A DNA stretch of 64,000 bases, taken from the NCBI GenBank assembly GCA_964016885.1, contig OZ024762.1, positions 17,112,001 through 17,176,000 of the forward strand. Reading direction: 5' to 3'. The position numbers were made by a program, and so were the translations under genes. Source of the DNA: Eledone cirrhosa. Taxonomy: Eukaryota. Below the pieces are notes generated by a model. That model was not told the origin of the DNA and made no database searches. It worked only from the letters and a program-made list of their open reading frames with translations. Positions 11,492 to 25,224 of the stretch are shown one piece after another. The stretch's first letter is position 1. The number at the start of each line of letters is the position of its first letter.

Positions 11492-13160
11492 ACCAAACTC
11501 CCACTGTCACTGCCTCCGTCCCTCCCGAATCTACCCACCAAACTCCCACAATCATTGCCTCCGTCTCACCCGCTCTCCCCACCAAACTCCCTCTGTCACC
11601 GCTTCCGTCTCTCCCGCTCTCCCCACCAAACTCCCACTGTCACTGCCTCCGTCCATTCCGCTCTACCCACCAAACTCCCACTGTCACTATCTACGTCCCT
11701 CCCGAATCTACCCACCAAACTCCCACTGTCATTGCCTCCGTCTCTCCCGCTCTCCTCACCAAACTCCCACTGTCACTGCCTCCGTCTCCCCGCTCTCCTC
11801 ACCAAACTCCCACTGTCACTGCCTCCGTCTCCCCGCTCTCCTCACCAAACTCCCACTGTCACTGCCTCCGTCTCTCCCGCTCTCCCCACCAAACTCCCAC
11901 TGTCACTGCCTCCGTCCCTCCAGCTCTCCCCACCAACTCCCACTGTCACTGCCTCCGTCTCTCCCGCTCTCCCCACCAAACTCCCACTGTCACTGCCTCC
12001 GTCTCCCCCGCTCTACCCACCAAACTCCCACTGTCACTGCCTCCGTCTCCCCCGCTATCCCCACCAAACTCCCACTGTCACTGCCTCCATCCCTCCCGAA
12101 TCTACCCACCAAACTTCCACTGTCATTGCCTCCGTCCATCCCGCTCTCCCTACCAAACTCCCACTGTCACTGCCTCCGTCTCTCCCGCTCTCCCCACCAA
12201 ACTCCCACTGTCACTGCCTCCGTCTCCCCCGCTCTCCCCACCAACTCCCACTGTCACTGCCTCCGTCCCTCCAGCTCTCCCCACCAACTCCCACTGTCAC
12301 TGCCTCCGTCTCCCCCGCTCTACCCACCAAACTCCCACTGTCACTGCCTCCGTCCATCCCGCTCTCCCCACCAAACTCCCACTGTCACTGCCTCCGTCTC
12401 CCCCGCTCTCCCCACCAACTCCCACTGTCACTGCCTCCGTCCCTCCAGCTCTCCCCACCAACTCCCACTGTCACTGCCTCCGTCTCCCCCGCTCTACCCA
12501 CCAAACTCCCACTGTCACTGCCTCCGTCCATCCCGCTCTCCCCACCAAACTCCCACTGTCACTATCTCCGTCTCCCCCGCTCTCCCCACCAAACTCCCAC
12601 TGTCACTGCCTCCGTCTCCCCCGCTCTCCCCACCAAACTCCCACTGTCATTGCCTCCGTCTCTCCCGCTCTCCCCAACAAACTCCCACTGTCACTATCTC
12701 CGTCTCCCCCGCTCTCCCCACCAAACTCCCACTGTCACTGCCTCCGTCTCCCCCGCTCTCCCCACCAAACTCCCACTGTCACTGCCTCCGTCTCTCCCGC
12801 TCTACCCACCAAACTCCCACTGTCACTACCTCCGTCTCTCCCGCTCTACCCACCAAACTCCCACTGTCACTGCCTCCGACCATCCCGCTCTCCCTACCAA
12901 ACTCCCACTGTCACTGCCTCCGTCCCTCCCGATATACCCACCAAACTCCCACTGTCACTGCCTCCGTCCCTCCCGATATACCCACCAAACTCCCACTGTC
13001 ACTGCCTCCGTCCCTCCCGATCTACCCACCAAACTCCCACTGTCACTGCCTCCGTCTCTCCCGATCTACCCACCAAACTCCCACTGTCACTGCCTCCGTC
13101 TCTCCCGATCTACCCACCAAACTCCCACTGTCACTGCCTCCGTCTCTCCCGATATACCCG
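11492..13160. repeat. ~44-bp C-rich minisatellite, about 38 copies
   Basis: Unit ACCAAACTCCCACTGTCACTGCCTCCGTCTCTCCCGCTCTCCCC; explains the 602-aa and 347-aa ORFs. Confidence 0.95.
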
Positions 13161-13233
13161 ACTATTTGACTAGCAAATAACCTCGTAAGGCTTTCTAGAC
13201 TTAGCTAGGACCTGTAACTATATATATATATAT

Positions 13234-13979
13234 TTATGAAAATAAACCAAAGAAGTCTTCAATACATCAAAAGTCTTTATTAGCCAACAATGTTGTATTT
13301 GTATTATTTTTATTTTTATTTTTATTTTTATTTTTATTTTTATTATTATTCTTATTTATATTTAAACTCTTAATAAGGGTTAGTTTGTGCTTCTATTGAT
13401 GGAAATGCGTATTGATATATATGTATATGTGTGTACATATATATGTATATATATATGTATATTGGGCCTTTTAACATTATTATTATTATCATTAGCAATT
13501 ATATTATATTATATTATATTATATTATATTATATTATATTATATTATATTATATTATATTATATTATATATAGTACAATAATACCCGCTCTATATCACCA
13601 ACTCTGTTTTAGCTCTAGTTTCTACATTGGACTATATTTGTAATATGGTTCAAAATGTTACTTACTTCCTTAGCAATTTTTACTTGATAATTTTTTATTT
13701 TTTATTTTCCCATGCTTTAATCTATGTACACTCCATATTCTTCTGAGTTTTCGGCTTGTATTGGCTGATAGTGCTTCTTATAGCTTTAATTGCCCTGATG
13801 AGTCCTTAATAGGACGAAACATTGTTGGCTAATAAAGACTTTTGATGTATTGAAGGCTTCTTTGGTTTATTTTCATAATTATTCGGCTCTGTTTAATTAC
13901 ATTCAGCTATACCTTTACTGTCATTTCTATAATACAAAGAGGGTGTTTAACTCCAACACACTCTAGTATTTCAATTCTT
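13234..13979 (+). mobile_element. PLE pseudo-LTR remnant with inverted 5' copy, inserted in (TA)n
   Basis: 13234-13294 is the reverse complement of 13818-13878; hammerhead and AATAAA inside; (TA)n on both sides. Confidence 0.8.
13788..13836 (+). ncRNA. Minimal type I hammerhead ribozyme
   Basis: GCC CTGATGA GTCCT-TAAT-AGGAC GAAAC ATT GTT GGC, followed by AATAAA. Confidence 0.85.
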
Positions 13980-14022
13980 ATATATATATATATACACATA
14001 TATAATTATGCCATATATATAT

Positions 14023-14217
14023 AACGAAGGAAGTGTGGTAAGGAACCAGATGGACCATAACGCACCAGAGTACTCAATACTTAAGGTAGTAGTGTGGGTA
14101 ATAGGAACAAGTATATGACCCCGACGGCAGAGCTCAAGACGTTTCGACGGCTATTTCAGTCCAGAAATAGCCGTCGAAAAGGCTTGAGCTCTGCCGTCGG
14201 GTCATACTTTTTCCTAT
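14023..14217. mobile_element. P1 fold-back element
   Basis: Arms 14101-14157 and 14164-14217; tail on the left; TA-rich flanks. Confidence 0.85.
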
Positions 14218-14236
14218 AAATATATATATAAATTAG

Positions 14237-14283
<47 letters not shown>

Positions 14284-14301
14284 GATTATGCCATATGTAT
14301 G

Positions 14302-14340
<39 letters not shown>

Positions 14341-14417
14341 ATGTGTGTGTTTATAATAGTATCAATATAATAGTTAAAATAATATTAGCTGGAGTATTTA
14401 AACTCATTTACCGGTTG

Positions 14418-14512
<95 letters not shown>

Positions 14513-14688
14513 TATTTATCATATTATATTATATATATATATATTATAATATATATATATCATATTATATTATATGTGTATATATATATATTATATGTAT
14601 ATATATTATATTATATATAATATATATATATATATATATATTATATTATATTATATATATATATATATAATATATATATATATTATAT

Positions 14689-14744
<56 letters not shown>

Positions 14745-14749
<5 letters not shown>

Positions 14750-14985
14750 GCTTTATTTTTATTTATTATTTATTATATTTTTGTCTTTATTTGTTAATTT
14801 TTCTTTCGCACCGTTTCCTTTCGATATGTCTCTCCACCACTCCCCTACACACCTTTTGAACTCTTACCTGAAGAAGGGCTTATGCCCGAAACGTCGTCCT
14901 CCACCTACCCCCCACTCTCCTGAGCGTGAATCTAATAAACATTTGTCGTACTGCCTCTCTGTTCTGTCCCTGTTCAATTTTTTAT
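14745..14985 (+). mobile_element. PLE-like 3' end with hammerhead-like core
   Basis: CTGAAGA AGGGC-TTAT-GCCC GAAAC GTC at 14868-14895 then AATAAA; relatives on the minus strand at ~56050 and ~62260; all in (TA)n. Confidence 0.65.
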
Positions 14986-15017
<32 letters not shown>

Positions 15018-15192
15018 TATATTATATATATATATATAATATAATAATATATATATATATATATCATATTATATATATATATATATATAATATAATATAT
15101 ATATATATATATATATCATATTATATTATATATATATATATATAAATATATATATCATATTATATATATATATATAAATATATATATCATAT

Positions 15193-15229
<37 letters not shown>

Positions 15230-15258
15230 ATTATAATATATATATAAATATATATATC

Positions 15259-15289
<31 letters not shown>

Positions 15290-15290
15290 C

Positions 15291-15356
<66 letters not shown>

Positions 15357-15611
15357 ATATTATATTATATATTTATATATATATATATATTATATATATA
15401 TATATTATATTATATATTTATATATATATATATATTATATATATATATATATTATATTATATATATTATATTATATATTTATAAATATATATATATATAT
15501 TATGATATATATATTTATATATATATATATAATATAATATGATATATATATATAATATATATATATATATACATATATATTATAATATATATATATATAA
15601 ATATATATATC

Positions 15612-15642
<31 letters not shown>

Positions 15643-15669
15643 CATATTATATATATATATATATATATC

Positions 15670-15741
<72 letters not shown>

Positions 15742-16301
15742 TCTTATTTCTTGGTGTCATCTACAAACCTGATACATATAATAATAATCTCCGGGAAACG
15801 ACGTGAAGTTGCGAGAGTACACTTTCTGAAAGGTAGACATTCCCATCATCTGAAAATATAAGATAAGGAGAATAAATTCAGTATATTTTGTTTGAAAGGG
15901 TTTTTAACAATTTATTTTTAGAGCAAAACAAAGGCCAGGTATAATAAAGAACTCTTCCTTAAATTATGTCGGAATCATAGGGACGCTGTAGTGACACACG
16001 GCTTCTTGGGTATTTTAACCCTTTTGATATCAACTAGGCCGAAATATAGGCTCTTGTAACGAAACATGATTTGTAACGAAACAAGATTTGAACTGATTAA
16101 TTTTTAAAAGATTTCTACTTTAGTTAAGACGGCAAATTGGCAGAGTTGTTAGAATGTCGGATAGTGCCTTGTGGTATTCATTCTATCTGTGGTATTCATT
16201 CTATCTATTTTAACCCTTTTGATATCAACCAGGCCGATATCAACTTGTAACGAAACAAGATTTGAACTGATTAATTTTTAAAAGATTTCTACTTTAGTTA
16301 A

Positions 16302-16645
16302 GGCGGAAAATTGGCAGAGTTGTTAGAATGTCGGATAGTGCCTTGTGGTATTCATTCTATCTCTCTGCTTCCACAGTTCAAATCCCACCGAGGTCAGCTT
16401 TGCTTTTCATCCATTGTAGGTCGATAACAAAGTATCAGTCTAATACTGGGGTCGATTCTTCCTCTATATCTCTTTCTCGTCCCCCCCCCCCCCCTCTCTC
16501 TCACTGTCTCTTTTCTTCTCTGGAAGAAATCTGCTGTACTGAGGCCTGGAGAGGGATGGGCTCCCCCAGGCTTAAATTGCCCAAGACACGTCGTATGTCA
16601 ATATGGCGCCTCTACGACTCTATCAAGAGTTATGGGACCATACAT
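16302..16645 (+). mobile_element. Older Nin-domain SINE with (CT) linker and extended tail
   Basis: TGGCAGAGTTGTTAG head and Nin-like core; tail homologous to 20270-20375 (-) and 31192-31325 (+). Confidence 0.65.
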
Positions 16646-16744
16646 ACACACACCCATACATATATATATACATACACACACATACATACATACATACATA
16701 CATACACACTGCCACACATACATACATACATACATACATACATA

Positions 16745-18365
16745 GACAGTCAACGCGATCAGTCGCATATTTTGGCGTGGGAGACTATTTATTAAGATGA
16801 ATACTATCTCCAACAGTAATGCCACAACTACAGTCAGGTTGAATAACTGGTTATTCTTCTAACTATCCCTTCTGAAGACACCTTTTATTCGAATTCGTAG
16901 AGATATCCGACTAAATACATAATTCATTTTACAAGGATTTGCTACAAACAGCATGGCTGAACACAACATCAACAAAAAAATTAAGGAAGTACCGAAGACG
17001 AACAACAAGGAAGGTAATCAAACTTTATTTAGTTGTAGTTGCAGAAGAAACCGAAATTATAAATCGCATTTCTCTTGCAGTTGCGAACTTAATAATGATT
17101 TATTTAATTGTTATAAAATGGCAAAAAACAATCCCTCCATTGGCTATATGAACAGAATGAAGCTACACTGGGACGAAATGCACCCAGAGCTAAATTATTT
17201 CACAGGGAAACAATTACGCCAACAAGCGATGTTTGTTGAACGTAAAAATAAGATAAATATTATTAATTGTAAGTCCCCCACAACAAACATGTTATCAACA
17301 ACACGTGCTACAGGTCGCCATGCTACTAGACTTCCTAGCAGCCAGGTCGAACAGCGTCTTGAAACAACTATGCCTGTAAGAAACTTGACACCACCTGTAA
17401 GAAACTTGACACCACCTGTACCATCTAAGTCTACCTCGAATGCTGGGGAAAACACTATCGATAATAATAATAATCGAAGAAATTTGACACCACGTGTACC
17501 ATCCAAGTCTACCTCGACTATTGTGGAAAATACTATCGATAATTGTTTCTACTTTTGGCACAAGGCCAGCAATTATCCCAGTGCATTACTGGTACTTTAT
17601 TTTATCGACCCCGTAAGGATGAAAGGCAAAGTTAACTTCGGTGGGATTTGAACTCAGAATGGCAAGGGCCGTAACTCTGTACATCAAAGCATGGCGTCCA
17701 ACCCTCTACTGCTATCGATAATGATAATCAAAAGTATAAACAATTGAAAATTTCCCTCAACGAAATCTGCCAGAGAGAAATTAACTCATGTATAAATATC
17801 TCTCTTGCTGAACGTGTTAAAACGACAATGTTGCGCAAAACAAAACAGTGGCTCACAATGTGTTTGCTGTGCCTGTCCTAACACCAAAGTTTGGAATACT
17901 CAATTGGACGATAGACGAAATCCGAGCAGTTGATGTTGGAAAAATACTGAACAACACCGGAAACTTCCACATCAACAGTGACATAGACCGCCTTTACTTG
18001 AAACGTAAGCAGGGAGGCAGAGGCCTAACATCAGTCCAGACAACATTTGAATGTCGCATCATATCTCTCCGACAAGTTTGCAGATCCAGTATCCAAGATA
18101 CACCTTCAGCTTCATACCCATCATTATTGGAGCTACAGATTATATACCAACCCACTTGGACCAAAGTATGACTGAACTTGGATTTGTGGACAAAGAGAGC
18201 AGCTCCCTAATTCATAGACTACAAATGACTGCGATAGCTGGCACCTTCAAAATTTGCAAACCATTCTTGCGATTCAAAGGATGACAATTTCTTTTCTTTT
18301 TACAACCTTGCCACCAGGAAGGTGGCCGGTGAAAAATGTACTCGAAATTAAGCGAAAGAGAGACA
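16745..18365 (+). pseudogene. Deleted R4/Dong-clade RLE non-LTR retrotransposon
   Basis: GYMNRMKLHWDE..KQLRQQA (N-terminus), AVPVLTPKFGILNWT..SDIDRLYLKRKQGGRGL (post-RT), FIPIIIGA (RLE C-terminus); (CATA)n at both ends; SINE B inserted at 17541-17712. Confidence 0.75.
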
Positions 18366-18884
18366 TACATACATTTAAATTAAAATCTGCTGACATAATT
18401 TTATATTTGTGGAGAATACATATGCGGGAATATATTGATCGTTATCAGGTATTTTGTTTAAAATTTTTTATTAAATTTAATAAGATACTCAACGAATTAT
18501 GTAGTCTTACTTTCAGTGTAGATTGTCTCTAGTTCTAAGTTTTGATATGTCTTAGTGCAAACTTATCTGTGTATGAATATATTTCAAGTACTTTCTTATA
18601 ATGATTAAGGCTCGATTTTGTTCTCTGAATTCTATCTTGAGCTGTTTTTAGAGACAAGACATATGTTTGATTTTGTATCATTCATGACACCCTTCATTTT
18701 GAAAGTAATAATAATAATAATATATATATATATAAATATATGAAATTACTATCTTAGTAATGAAATAATTGATAATTTTAACAAACCCATCAAAATTCTT
18801 CATTAATTGATTGAAATAGGGTCCAGAAAGGATTAAACCTGGTAGAGGCCAACTCCTCCAGGTCTAAACATAGCTGATTTCTTC

Positions 18885-18961
<77 letters not shown>

Positions 18962-19126
18962 GACCCCAGTATTTGACTGTTATGTTTTTGTATGTATGTG
19001 CCCCCTACTGGAGTTGTAGGGACTCCATTATGACGATGCCATGTCTCTGGCGGAACCCATCTTCTCTAGCTCTGAACACAACTGATTTCTTCAAGAGAAG
19101 GATATATATATATATGTGTGTGTATA

Positions 19127-19195
<69 letters not shown>

Positions 19196-19366
19196 CATGA
19201 GAAGAGAGAGGAATACTGCGTGGTTGCACATGGGTTACATATTATAAAATTAGTCCCTCGTCAGTGATTTACCAACCATCATTGGTATTTCATCGCATTA
19301 AAAATCATATACCTCAGGTTGGTGCGAGCAATAACTAAAAAAAGCTATTGGGACAAGTGAGTCGCG

Positions 19367-19444
<78 letters not shown>

Positions 19445-19446
<2 letters not shown>

Positions 19447-19948
19447 GACGGCGATGAATTTGTTTTGCGAGGTTTTTGATATGAAATCGTGTGTCGAAAC
19501 AAATATTGTTATACTTAGGGAGGGTCATATTGTTGTAATAATATTGCCAGAAATAATAACAGAACACACTCACTGTTTGGTTGGTTTTCGCTTCTGTATC
19601 TTTTATATCTCCACAGTTAATTCATTCGGTCCTCAATGTTTACCATTGACTGACCAATGGTAAAAAATACAGATATAACATAGATATAAACACAATACAA
19701 CAGGAGGAACATAATAACACCACTGGTGATGTTGCAGATGTGCAACGAAAGAACTTTGTTAGACTATATATATGTGTTTATATCTATATTATATCTGTAT
19801 TTTTGACCGTTGGTCAGTCAATGGTAAACATTGAGGACCGAATGAATTAACTGATATAAAAGATACAGAAGCGAAAACCAACCAAACAGTGAGTGTGTTC
19901 TGTTATTATTTCTGGGAATATTACAACAATATGACCCTCCCCAAGTAT

Positions 19949-19955
<7 letters not shown>
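19445..19955. mobile_element. PLE-like family P3 fold-back with ~190-bp arms
   Basis: Arms 19502-19693 and 19773-19955; spacer has CTGGTGA TGTTGCA-GATG-TGCAAC GAAAG AA CTT (19723-19756); tail 19445-19501. Confidence 0.85.
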
Positions 19956-19983
<28 letters not shown>

Positions 19984-20050
19984 AAAAACAAACCACGCAC
20001 ACACAGAGAGAACGAACAACCAACTAGTGACAAGTAAATAAACGTATAAA

Positions 20051-20181
<131 letters not shown>

Positions 20182-20470
20182 AAAAGAGTGAGAGAAAAAG
20201 GAAGCGAGAAAGAGATATAGAGGAAGAATCGACCCCAGTACTAAACTGGTACTTTTTTTAGTATGTGATATGGTACTGTCCCATAACTCCTGATAGAGTC
20301 GTAGGGGCGTTGTGTTGATATACGGTGTTTCTAAGACATTTTAAGCCTGGAGGATTTGAACGCAGATTCTGCCAAAAACAGTGACTTAAAGCAAACCCAA
20401 ACAAAACAAAACTTCCATTCTGTTCTGGCAGGGTCTTTTGAAACCCTCAGTTGTTAACCCCTTTTATTAT

Positions 20471-21380
20471 CGCGGTGAATTGGCAGTATCGGTAGAGGGT
20501 CGGACGCCATGCTTTCCAGCATAGTTACGTCCCTTTACGATCTGAGTTCAAATCCCGCCGAGGTTGACTTTGCCTTTCATCCTTACGGGGTCGATAAAAT
20601 AAAGTACCAGTAATGCACAAACAATTATCATATTTTCAATGAAAAATACTGCCTATAATTTTCAAATAATTTTCAAAATAACCAAGAATTTGGAGTGATT
20701 TTATACCACGAGGCGGACTGACCCTTAAGCAGACCTGCCGACGTGTAAAAACCTAAACAGGGAGTACCATGTAAAAACGTGTCCCCAAAACGAGGAGAAA
20801 TGAGGCAAAATGGGGAGATTTTACATAATTGTTGCTACTTTAGGCACAAGGCCAGCAATTACCCAGTACATTACTGGTACTTTATTTTATCGACTCCGTA
20901 AGGATGAAAGGCAAAGTTAACCTCGGCGGGATTTGAACTCAGACTGTAAAGAGACGTAACTATGCTAGAAAGCATGGCGTCCAACCCTCTACCGATACTG
21001 CCGATTCACATAATGAAAGCTATACCTATTTTGACAAGAGAAGACATCTCTCACCCACCCCAAAGTGGGTGCGTGATCTCGCCGACGGACGGGGAGAGTT
21101 GGTAGGTCAGCTTAAGTTTTAATCATGGTGGTGGCGTATAAATTTGATTTACTTCCATAAACAAACATTATTAATTTATTTCTCACTTAGGCGCTGGATT
21201 GGCAGTATTGGTAGAGTGTCGGATGCCATGCTTTGGCGCATAGAGTTACGGCCCTTGCCATTCTGAGTTCAAATCCCGCCGAGGTTAACTTTGCCTTTCA
21301 TCCTTACGGGGTCGATAAAATAAAGTACCAGTAATACACTGGGTAATTGCTGGCCTTGTGCCTAACGTAGAAACAATTAA
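20471..21380. mobile_element. Three SINE family B copies (+ 20471-20620, - 20827-21008, + 21191-21380)
   Basis: Nin-domain core and A/B boxes. Confidence 0.9.
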
Positions 21381-21599
21381 TTTATTTCTCACTTAGAATA
21401 ACCATTATTTCTTTATCATTATTTAGAAATTATTATTCAAAGCATGTAACTTCCTCTCTGATTATTAAGGTGGTGTTTGCAATATAATTTGTGGGAAATA
21501 TTTAGATAGATATAAACACTTTATCACTTTCGTTACTATATTTCCAATGTAAATTAATGACAGGGTTTTCAAATAATTTTTTAGAGTAATAAATGATGT

Positions 21600-22005
21600 T
21601 GAGTCTTCTTCTTCGCCCACTTATTCCTGAGAGGGTCGTGGAGGAAGAGTCTTAAAACACTCCTTCCAGCGGGTTCTGTCAGAAACAACCGTCTCCAACT
21701 GATCCAGCTGGATCCCCAAGCAAGACCAGCCAATCTTGCTCGGGGTCTACTCCTGGGTCTCATGCGGGTTGGTTTTGCCCGTAAAATCTGTCCAGCGATT
21801 CTTTCCTGGGACATTCTAACCACATGACCATAGTATCGGAGTTGAGAAGTAGCAGCTCTACGTGGAGTAACTCTCTGATTTCCGAGCTACACACTCTATA
21901 GAGTAACCTTACTCCAAGACCCTTCAGAGGAACCCCATTTTGGCCGCTTGTATTCGCGATCGTATTCTTTCGGTCATTACCCAAGATTCAAGAGCATAGG
22001 TATGG
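21600..22005 (-). pseudogene. RTE-clade LINE 3' fragment
   Basis: Minus strand reads WVMTERIRSRIQAAKMGFL..RV.SSEIRELLHVE..YGHVVRMSQERIA.QIL.AKP...RPRSRPR. Confidence 0.8.
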
Positions 22006-22613
22006 TTCGCACGAATACCAAATTGAAGACAGCGAGTAATATAAAGAACTGATGTTTGGAACATAACTTAACAAAGGTTCTTACATAAAATTGTCATGGA
22101 AAGTTTTTAGATAAATATAAACACTTTAACACTATCGTTACTATATTTTCAATGAAAAACACTGTCTTTGATTTCCAAATAATTTTAGAAATAATCAAGA
22201 ATTTGGAGTGATTTAGTAATATAATTAACTCTCTGATTGGAACATAACTTAACAAAGGTTATTACATAAAATAGTTTTTAGAGAAATATATAAACTTTAA
22301 TACTTTCGTTATTATATTCTTAATAAAAGACATTGTCTTTTTAAATAATTAAAAAAATTAATGAAGAATTTGGAGAAATTTAATAATATAACTAACTTTC
22401 TCATTATTAAGCTGGTGTTTGGAACATAACTTAATAAAGGTTCTTACATAGAACTATGACAGAATGTGTTTAGATAAATATAAATACTTCAAAATAAACA
22501 GTTTTGTATCACAAAACCAGGGGAGGTTTCAAACGTTTTGGTATAAAAAAAAGGCTTTATTTTATCAACCCCGTAAGAATGAAAGGCAAAGCAAAGCTCA
22601 ACAGGATTATAAC

Positions 22614-23025
22614 CGTGGCGTGAAGCAACTGAGAGTACAAGACTGCCCTCATCCCCTGGACAGGACGTCAGTCCATCGCAGAGATACCCCCCAGATATTA
22701 CTGGTACTCATTTTTACCTGAGTATACTGGAACAACGCGAAATAAAGTGTTTTGCTCAAGAACACAACACCCAGCCCGGTCTAGGAATCGAATCAATGTC
22801 ATTATGATCATAATTCCAACACGCTTACCACTAGGCTTCGCTAGACTCCTCCCCTGGACAGGATGCCAGACCATCGCAGGGTTAAACCCCCAGTTATTAC
22901 TGGTACTCATTTTCAGCTGAGTATACCGATGCAATGTGAAATGAAGTGTTTTGTTCAAGAAGAAAACACACAATCCAGCCTAGGAATCGAACCCACGATA
23001 TGATCAATAGACTTACCACTTGGCC
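22614..23025 (-). mobile_element. Two decayed tRNA-derived SINE copies
   Basis: CTGGTACTCATTTT..CTGAGT..GAAATAAAGTG..TTGCTCAAG..ACAACAC motifs occur twice. Confidence 0.65.
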
Positions 23026-23928
23026 AACAGATGATAAAATCAAAGTTGACTTCGGTGGGATTCGAACTCAGAAAGTCAAGTATTTTGCGCGATGCTCTAC
23101 CGCCTCTGTAAAACAACTGACATCGCCGCCATATTGCATCGTATAAACGCGTGTGTGTGGAGGTGTGTGTGTGTGGAAGTGTGTGTCTGGAGGTGTGTGT
23201 GTGCGTGTGGAGGTGTGTGTGGAGTTGTGTGTGTGTGTGGAGGTGTGTCTGTGTGTGGAGGGGGGGATGTGTGGAGGTATGTGTGTGTGTGAAGGTGTCT
23301 GGAGGTGTGTGTGTGTGGAGGTGTGTGTGTGGAGGTGTGTGTGTGTATATGTATCTGTGTGTCAGTGTGTATATATGTGTATGTGTGTCAGTGTGTGTAT
23401 GTATGTGTATGTGTGTGTATGTGTGTGTGTATGTGTGTGTATGTGCCACTGTATCTGTTGTGTGTGTATGTATGTGTCTGTGTGTCAGTGTGTGTGTCAG
23501 TGTGTATGTATGTATGTATGTATGTATGTATGTGTATGTGTGTATGTGTAAAAATGAAATTGCTACTGTGAATGAAATACTGCGATAATTTATGAATCGA
23601 GTGACATATTTTGCAGGGAATCTCTTCTTCATTATACATCAACGTGTGTATATATATATATGTGTGTTTATGGGTGTGGGTGTATATATATATATACACA
23701 TGCAATATATATTTATGTACATACACACACAAATATTATATATATATATATATATACACACATGTGTGTATATATATATATACACATGCAATATATATTT
23801 ACACACACACACACACACATCTATATACATACACACACATGTACATATATATGTGTGTGTGTATGTGTGAGTGTGTGCATTTATATATGTATAGATGCAT
23901 GTATATATATTTATGTATGAATGCATGA

Positions 23929-23971
<43 letters not shown>

Positions 23972-24375
23972 TGTATGATGGAAGACTGTACGTGTTTGTA
24001 GGTGTGTTCGTTACACACAGTTAGTGTGCCATGTTTTGGCAACTTGTACACAGCTATGGCAGCTTACGTACGATAGATCACCATTGCAGCTTATATTTCA
24101 ATGAATTGGCAGACGACACCGAGAGAAAACACCGTAGTTTAAACATGGCCGTCGTCGGACCAGCTTTTAACACAGACTAAATATTGACTTTACGTCGTCA
24201 GCACGCAGACGTATATACATACATGAATGCATACACATGCACATACACACACACGCACACACACATATATATATATACACACATACATACACATACACAC
24301 ACATATATATATATAGACACACACATATATATATATATATACATATATATAAATACATAATATATATATATATAT

Positions 24376-24563
24376 AAGTTTATCCCGGGTTCAATCAGGG
24401 GTAACCACAGTAAGTAAGGTACTCAATACAAAGCAAAGTATAAATATTTAATATAGAAACGGCTTCTACAGGACTAGAACTGTTTCATTCGGGAGAAATC
24501 TTCAGGGCTTCCTGATGATTTCTCACGAATGAAACAGTTCTAGTCCTGTAGAAGCTTTTCTAT
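24376..24563. mobile_element. PLE-like family P2 fold-back with a hammerhead core on each arm
   Basis: GCTTC CTGATGA TTTC-TCAC-GAAT GAAAC AG-TTCTAGTC-CT GTA GAAGC (24507-24555); mirrored at 24462-24506. Confidence 0.85.
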
Positions 24564-24819
24564 ATGAATGGAATAACAACAACACCCAAACAAACAACAC
24601 TGACCTAAGAGAAGTATAAATAAATAAATAAATAAATAAATACATACACAAGCACAATAACAACACACACATATAAACACACACTAGTAAACTAAGATAG
24701 AATACATTAACCAATACACAGTCACCCAAACAAGAACACACATCAAACAAAACACTATACACACACGCAAACGCAGAGAAGACAAAAAAAAAAAAAGAAT
24801 AAACAAATAAATAAATAAA

Positions 24820-25113
24820 TAAACAGACTAAATAAAGATGGCGTAAGCATACAATGCAACGGGAGGAAACACTGACGATGTTGCAGATTTGCAACGAAAG
24901 AACTTTGATAGACTATATATATAAAAGTTTGTGTCTATATTGTATCTGTATTTTTTGACCGTTGGTCAGTCAATGGCAACATTGAGGACCGAATAAATTA
25001 AATTAACCGATATAAAAGACACAAGCGAAAACCAACCAAAAAAGTGAGTGTGTTCTGTTTTTAATTCTGGCAATATTATTACACAAATATGACCCTCCCC
25101 AAGTATAACAATA
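24820..25113 (+). mobile_element. P3 copy with hammerhead core
   Basis: CTGACGA TGTTGCA..TGCAAC GAAAG AA CTT at 24872-24905; ends AAGTATAACAAT into (TA)n. Confidence 0.8.
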
Positions 25114-25131
25114 TATATAAATATATATATC

Positions 25132-25219
<88 letters not shown>

Positions 25220-25224
25220 GTATA

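Noticed and set aside
11372-13180. 602-aa Pro/Ser/Thr-rich ORF
   Set aside because: Translation of a 44-bp minisatellite; the unit is not a multiple of 3 and the ORF start lies in a mariner remnant.
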